DNA from: an uncultured Nitrospiraceae bacterium
GTDB taxonomy: Bacteria > Nitrospirota > Nitrospiria > Nitrospirales > Nitrospiraceae
Assembly (NCBI GenBank): GCA_963846575.1
Contig: CAWJWJ010000001.1
Coordinates: forward strand, 928,001 to 992,000
DNA length: 64,000 nucleotides
Direction: 5' to 3'
In this document: positions 58,801 through 64,000 of the stretch, in pieces
Position numbering within the stretch: the first letter of the stretch is position 1
Layout of the letters: the number at the start of each line of letters is the position of its first letter
Notes under the pieces: generated by a model
The model's input: only the letters and a program-made list of their open reading frames with translations
Databases searched by the model: none
Told to the model about the DNA's origin: nothing
Position numbers and translations under genes: made by a program

Positions 58801-59991
58801 ATGAAAGGCCGGGGCCTGGACTTCAGGGCGCCATTGATCGGTATGGGGTTTGTGACGCTGGCCTTCGGGGTCATACTCTCCGCCTGTTCGAAGTCCGACC
58901 CCTATGTCCCGCCGGACCCGTTTTACTATTTTGCGAGCTATCCGGTCGGTAAGAATCCAACGACTGTCACGACTGCCGACTTCAATCGCGACCAGATCAC
59001 CGACGTCATCACGACAAATATCTCCAGCAACACCATTTCACTCCTGTTTGGGGTGGGCGATGGAACGTTCCATGATCAGGTCCAGTTGCGGGTCTGTCAG
59101 GAGCCGCGTTCCCTCGCGGTGAACGATTTCAATCAAGATGGTCGACTCGATTTGGTCCTGGCCTGCTCCGGCAGCGATCAAGTGTCAATCATGTTCGGTC
59201 GAACCGACGGCAAATTCGAGGAAGGGCCGCAATACCCGGTGCACCGGACGCCGGTTTCTGTGGCCAGTGAAGATGTCAATGGCGACGGTCATCCCGATTT
59301 GGCCGTGGCATTGCGGAACGACAAAATAAAGGTATTCCTTGGAAGCGCCAAGGGAGATTTTCGCCCCGGCGCACAGTATGAATACGGGGATACGCCCACT
59401 TCGGTGGCGCTCAAAGATCTGAATCAAGACGGCAAGCCGGAACTGATCGTGACCAACGGAGGGCCGATGTTGAGTGCGGTGTCCGTCTGGATCGGCAAGG
59501 GCGATGGAACGTTTGGGGAGCCCAAAGACTACAAGACCGGACGGCGGCCACTCGGAGTCAGTTTTGCTGACTTCAACAATGATCGGCTGCTCGATCTCTT
59601 AGTGATCAACGGGGAAGGCGACAGTTTCACCACGTTTTTAGGTAACGGCAACGCGACCTTTCAACCCGGAAAGGATTCCGGCGCCGACGCCAGCCCGAAC
59701 TTCGGGATGGCGCGCGATTTCGACGGGGACCATATCGCCGATGTCGCGATCGTCAACTTACAGTCCACAGACCTGTCGATTCTCTTCGGCCGGGGAGACG
59801 GGACCTTCAATTATCCGCCGCGCAATTACCGAACCAAGTCAGGCCCTTTCGCCGTGGCGAGTTACCGTGTCTCCGCCGACAATGACGAAGAGCCCGGGCT
59901 GGTGACTGCCGACAATGGCGCGGGCAGTGTCTCGGTTTTTTTGCATCGCGGACGGAAGGGCCAGGTTCCAACCACGAGCCCGACGCAATGA
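58801..59991 (+). CDS. FG-GAP/VCBS repeat beta-propeller lipoprotein
   Basis: Lipobox LSAC; about six D(F/L/V)NxDGxxDL repeats with GxGDGTF; ORF open from 58687. Confidence 0.88.
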   Translation: MKGRGLDFRAPLIGMGFVTLAFGVILSACSKSDPYVPPDPFYYFASYPVGKNPTTVTTADFNRDQITDVITTNISSNTISLLFGVGDGTFHDQVQLRVCQEPRSLAVNDFNQDGRLDLVLACSGSDQVSIMFGRTDGKFEEGPQYPVHRTPVSVASEDVNGDGHPDLAVALRNDKIKVFLGSAKGDFRPGAQYEYGDTPTSVALKDLNQDGKPELIVTNGGPMLSAVSVWIGKGDGTFGEPKDYKTGRRPLGVSFADFNNDRLLDLLVINGEGDSFTTFLGNGNATFQPGKDSGADASPNFGMARDFDGDHIADVAIVNLQSTDLSILFGRGDGTFNYPPRNYRTKSGPFAVASYRVSADNDEEPGLVTADNGAGSVSVFLHRGRKGQVPTTSPTQ

Positions 59992-60131
59992 GAGCTGATT
60001 CATGTTCGAGACGATTCAACCGAAGAGGGGAATGGCCGGTTTGCTTGACACCCTGGTAGGGCTCGGCTAGAGTTCGGAAAGGCTGGCGGACCAGTAGCCG
60101 CGCCATTTCCAGCGATCAGACGTGGGGGTTC

Positions 60132-60332
60132 GTGCGATCGTTTTTGTGGTGGTTTTGCATGGGCTGCCTGACGACTCTGGCAGTCTTGATGGTACAAGGT
60201 GGGGTGCGCGATCTGGTCTCCGGTGCCAATCCGACGGGTAGCACTGGTGCCGTCCTCTCCTTCGGTACCACGATTTTCGGGGGCGGACTCCTGGCCGGTT
60301 GCCTTGCCCTCATCCTCAATCGTCTCCGCTAA
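60132..60332 (+). CDS. Small two-TM hypothetical protein
   Basis: 66 aa with two hydrophobic segments; TTGACA...TAGAGT promoter-like sequence upstream. Confidence 0.5.
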   Translation: MRSFLWWFCMGCLTTLAVLMVQGGVRDLVSGANPTGSTGAVLSFGTTIFGGGLLAGCLALILNRLR

Positions 60333-60407
60333 ATTGAGAACCCTGTCGAGCCGGCCTGAATGTGGACCGGGAGACGTGGACCGACTCAAAGGAATGCGAC
60401 CTGCGCG

Positions 60408-60596
60408 ATGCACTGCCTACGATGCAAAGGATTTATGATGGTGGAGCGTCACTATACGCTCATGAATCGTCGGCTGTACGCGCGTTGCTTGAACTGCGGG
60501 TTTTGGATCGACTTGGCGGATTTGCTACGGTTTTTTCATAAAGTCATCGAAAGCAGCTTGCGTGGGGCGAAAGTCAGAGAAACCTACACCCTGTGA
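60408..60596 (+). CDS. Small zinc-ribbon-like protein
   Basis: MHCLRCKGFMM...RCLNCGFWID: two CxxC pairs. Confidence 0.7.
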   Translation: MHCLRCKGFMMVERHYTLMNRRLYARCLNCGFWIDLADLLRFFHKVIESSLRGAKVRETYTL

Positions 60597-60630
60597 GGAC
60601 CCGGCTCGTGGTCCTCGCGAGAAAGCACAG

Positions 60631-61569
60631 ATGATCCGCATGACACACTTTCGTCGCGTCCTCTCGATCTCACTCAGTGCCATCCTGGTTGTGTGTTCAA
60701 GTCTGTGTAGTAACCAGGCCTGGGCGCTGGACGGTGACGAGGACGACGAAGTCATTACGGTACCGTTTGATCCCAGGCCCGTCCCTTCCGCCAAACAAGC
60801 CCATCACACGCTACGGTGGCGGCATGTTCCGGCCCACAGCATTCTGCTCAAAGACCTAAAAACAGGAACGACCCTCTATCAATTTGAAAGCGAGAAGAAG
60901 CTCTCTCCCGCGAGTTTGACCAAGATCATGTCGGCATTGGTCATTTTGGAGTACGGACATCTTGATGATGAGGTGACGGTCAGCCCCAAAGCCGCCCGTG
61001 CCCATAAAACACACCTGCGGCTACGGACGGGGCAGATTTTTCGCCTGGGAGATTTACTAAAAGCCATGCTGATTGTCTCCGCGAATGACGCCTGCTTGGC
61101 GGCCAGTGAACACGTCGGAGGAGACGAAGCGCGATTTGTCGATCTCATGAATGCTAAAGCCGCGGCGATGGAGCTGCACAATACCCATTTCAGCAACGCG
61201 TGCGGCTTCGATGCTCCCGGGCATTATTCCACGGCGGAAGACCTCGCCAAGCTGAGTGAGATCGCCTTACATCACCCGGTGTTCAAAGAGTTGGTTCGCG
61301 AAGAGAGGGAGATCATCATGCCCATCAACGAGCATCGGGCGTACGTGCTGCGCACGACCAACCGTCTGCTCGGGCGCATTCCCGGTGTGCAGGGTGTGAA
61401 AACCGGCTTTACGTCGAAGGCCGGCCGGTGCCTCATTGCCAAGGTATCGCAGGATGGCAGCGACCTGCTGCTCGTCATTCTCAACTCCAAGCGTCGGTGG
61501 AATACCGCGACCAGCCTCATCAATTACGGACTTCGGCTGAGCTACAGTCGTGCCTCTCTCGCGCAATAG
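60631..61569 (+). CDS. dacA: D-alanyl-D-alanine carboxypeptidase (peptidase S11)
   Basis: PASLTK (SxxK), SAN, KTG; signal peptide. Start approximate. Confidence 0.9.
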   Translation: MIRMTHFRRVLSISLSAILVVCSSLCSNQAWALDGDEDDEVITVPFDPRPVPSAKQAHHTLRWRHVPAHSILLKDLKTGTTLYQFESEKKLSPASLTKIMSALVILEYGHLDDEVTVSPKAARAHKTHLRLRTGQIFRLGDLLKAMLIVSANDACLAASEHVGGDEARFVDLMNAKAAAMELHNTHFSNACGFDAPGHYSTAEDLAKLSEIALHHPVFKELVREEREIIMPINEHRAYVLRTTNRLLGRIPGVQGVKTGFTSKAGRCLIAKVSQDGSDLLLVILNSKRRWNTATSLINYGLRLSYSRASLAQ

Positions 61570-61749
61570 ATTGTCGGGGTTTCCGTAAGCGCGTCCGTCC
61601 ACACGTCCATCCAGCCTAGCCTGCTGTCTGTGGCTTTGAGTGGCCCCGGGTATGCGCCGGGTCGAGCTCAATGCTGCGGGATGGGAAAATATAGGGATGA
61701 AGGGAGGGCGTGGAGGAGGGAGTTCCTGCCGCTGACGAGAGGGAACAAA

Positions 61750-62280
61750 TCAGTGGGGCATCGAGAACTCGACGTTGACGTCTTTTCCGAGGTAGTTCAC
61801 CTGGAAGCCCTGTTTGTCGTAGGAAAGCATCGCGCCCATCACGTTTTCGTCGCCGTAATCTTCCTTCCCGAGTAATTTGCGCACATCGTCCGGACTTTCG
61901 CTATTGAGCACATTGCGAAATATTCCCCGTGTTTTGTAGGCAAACCGGTTGTTGATGAATATGAGGTCCACTTTTCCGTCCTGCACACGGACACCGGCCA
62001 TTGGACCGGTCGGTTTACGTTGATCCAGAAGAAAGATAAACGTCGCTTCTTGTTCGGCCTTGATCCCGGGAATCTTCTCATTTACCAACACCTCAAGAGC
62101 CTTGCCTTCGTCATCCCCGAGCTTCACGCCGAATAGGGAGATCTCTGGGCTCTTGATAACTTTGGGGTCGGTCACATCATTTTTACTGAGTTCGTAGGGC
62201 TCGGCGCTCACCATGGCAGCGAGACACAGGGAACCCAGCGTTGCCATGAAGGCTGTGAACGCCCACTTGCGCTGCATCAT
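61750..62280 (-). CDS. Secreted hypothetical protein
   Basis: AAGGAGG RBS; signal peptide MMQRKWAFTAFMATLGSLCLAAMVSA. Confidence 0.75.
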   Translation of the reverse strand: MMQRKWAFTAFMATLGSLCLAAMVSAEPYELSKNDVTDPKVIKSPEISLFGVKLGDDEGKALEVLVNEKIPGIKAEQEATFIFLLDQRKPTGPMAGVRVQDGKVDLIFINNRFAYKTRGIFRNVLNSESPDDVRKLLGKEDYGDENVMGAMLSYDKQGFQVNYLGKDVNVEFSMPH

Positions 62281-62547
62281 GAATGCCTCCTTGAGACGGG
62301 TCTGCACACGTTAGATCGTTCTGAGATGGGTGCCGGAATCGGTGGGATGGCTCAGACGACAGGGCATTTTATCTAAGGGGAAGTCTAACTTTCAAGATAG
62401 TTGCGGCATGCGCGCTCTCAGGCGCATGTTGAGCCGGCCTGGAGCGGGAATCGGGGTTAGAGCTGGCCCGGGGCCTGCCGCGTATTTATACCGCTGACGA
62501 GGGTCCTGCCGCCTATATCCGGTCTTTTCCAGAAGCCAGAGGTCTTG

Positions 62548-62838
62548 TTATGGCCGGTTGGATTCGACGAGAGCTGTGGCCAATTGCCGAAGACGGCGGA
62601 AATATTCCAGACTGTCCTCGGTGAGATCGTCGAGTAACGCATCGAGATCGGCGACGCAGTCTTCCAGGATCGCGACTCGCTGACTGTCCAGTCCCTCCGG
62701 TCCATCGAGATAGAACACCGCACAACCTCCGATGACGGTATCCAACGTCATCAGTTGTCCTTGATTCGGGCTGGAGAACTGGGGCCAGCCGTCACGGCTA
62801 TGAGCATCCCACAGGGATGCAATGGATTGGTGGCTCAT
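62548..62838 (-). CDS. Hypothetical protein (96 aa)
   Basis: Protein-like ORF: LW..H...GWP...LMTLDTVIGGC...YFRRL. Confidence 0.65.
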   Translation of the reverse strand: MSHQSIASLWDAHSRDGWPQFSSPNQGQLMTLDTVIGGCAVFYLDGPEGLDSQRVAILEDCVADLDALLDDLTEDSLEYFRRLRQLATALVESNRP

Positions 62839-63280
62839 GCAAATGTCTCGGTCCGCACGGGATTACGACGATACTGCCTCGTCAGCAACCCTACCCCATG
62901 CAGAAGCTGAACGGCAAGCGCAGAGCCCAAGCCCCATGAACCGGTCGTCGACCGCCTCGCGAGTGAAAACCCAGTGTAGCGGGGGTCGTTGCCATACGGT
63001 GCCCCAAACCCGGTGGCGACTTTTGACGTGCAGCGGGAGGTCTGGGAGCCACCACTGGTGGTAGAAAAAAATCAGCCACAGACCCTCAGGACAGACGCCT
63101 GGGATAGGCTAAGCCTTTCTAGGCACGAGGGACGGATGGTGCCGAAGTGAATCTTGGGCCATTCGGGTTGGATCAATGGAAGGCATCGGAGGGCTATGTG
63201 GCGGACTCGCCACTCTCCGACATGTCAGCGGGTCGGGGTTGTGCCGTGCGGGGGGGGGGGCCGTAGACGCAACCCCTGCC

Positions 63281-64000
63281 TCAGGGATAGAGCCCCCGTT
63301 GGAGATGGGCCTGGGCGACCTTGTCGATACCCGACATCAAGGCCGCCATGCGCATCGTCGTCTGTTTCTCGACCGAAAAGTGCAGGGTCCTGTGAAACGC
63401 ATTGGTGATGATATCCTGCAATCGGTCTTGAATATCTTTGGCCTTCCAGAAAAAGCGTTGGACGTCCTGTACCCACTCAAAATACGAGACGATGACGCCA
63501 CCGGAATTGGCCAGAATGTCGGGAATGATGAAGATGCCATTCTCGTTCAGAATCCGATCGGCCTCCAGGGTCGTGGGCCCGTTCGCCCCTTCGGCCAGGA
63601 TCCGGCAGCGCAACTTGGCCGCGTTGGCGGCAGTGATTTGTTCTGAGAGCGCCGCTGGTACCAGCACGGTGCAGTCCAATTGGAGAAGTTCCTCATTGGT
63701 AATGGGCTCGCCCAGGGTTATGTCGGGAAGCGGTTGCGTGTTGCTCCCGGTACCGTCGCAGGAGCTCCGGAATGTCGAGGCCTTTCGAATTGTAGATCCC
63801 TCCGGTTTCGTCGCTGACGGCAATCACCTGCGCCCCGGCCTGCTGCATGATCACGGCCGTGTGGGACCCCACGTTGCCGAATCCCTGAATGGCAACGGTC
63901 GTATCGGAGGGTTTGAGGTTCAGGTGCCGGAGGGCTTCCAGGGTGACATAGACCACGCCACGGCCTGTGGCCTCCTCGCGGCCCAGGCTCCCACCGATCG
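63281..64000 (-). CDS. gdhA: Glu/Leu/Phe/Val (glutamate) dehydrogenase, 5'-truncated by the window edge, frameshift near 63740
   Basis: GGSLGREEATGRGV, IQGFGNVG in one frame; PAALSEQI, EGANGP, PDILANSGGVIVSYFEWVQ, RGLYP in the +1 frame. Confidence 0.9.

Noticed and set aside
63250..63260. Poly-G11 tract
   Set aside because: Downstream of the gdh stop; no evident function, and homopolymer length is unreliable.

Overview
A GC-rich (roughly 58-60% by eye) bacterial chromosome segment. Gene content and style fit a Nitrospira-like (Nitrospirota) organism; this is an inference, not a database result. Most of the window is core genome: two RluA/RluD paralogues, a Zn/Mn ABC transporter, anmK, tRNA-fMet, fmt-rsmB-rpe-pheS-pheT, tRNA-Val-thrS-infC-rpmI-rplT, HU, yebC-ruvA-ruvB, pheA-hisC-aroF-tyrA-aroA-cmk-plsC-rpsA-sppA-ihfB, a D,D-carboxypeptidase and a partial glutamate dehydrogenase. 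Two blocks stand out. (1) At 33.4-43.7 kb is a sulfate-assimilation and cofactor cluster: a CymR-like Rrf2 ending in MYHI, a sulfite reductase-HEPN-TusA fusion with a full Cys ligand set in both repeats, APS reductase, a TrpD-like protein, CysD, CysN with a degenerate APS-kinase domain, an Mrp/NBP35 ATPase, a CxxC/PCP_red-repeat protein and a His-rich membrane protein. A second, four-repeat PCP_red protein lies at 57 kb. (2) At about 13-22 kb, just 3' of tRNA-fMet, is an accessory signalling block: a broken hybrid kinase, a tiny Gly/Asn PEP-CTERM-like protein, a stand-alone MEDS protein and RsbQ coupled to a PAS-GAF-HisKA_3 kinase. Also notable are an archaeal/eukaryote-type PheRS, an ATC start codon for infC, and three single-base insertions that may be sequencing errors. 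No CRISPR array, rRNA, transposase or integrase was seen.
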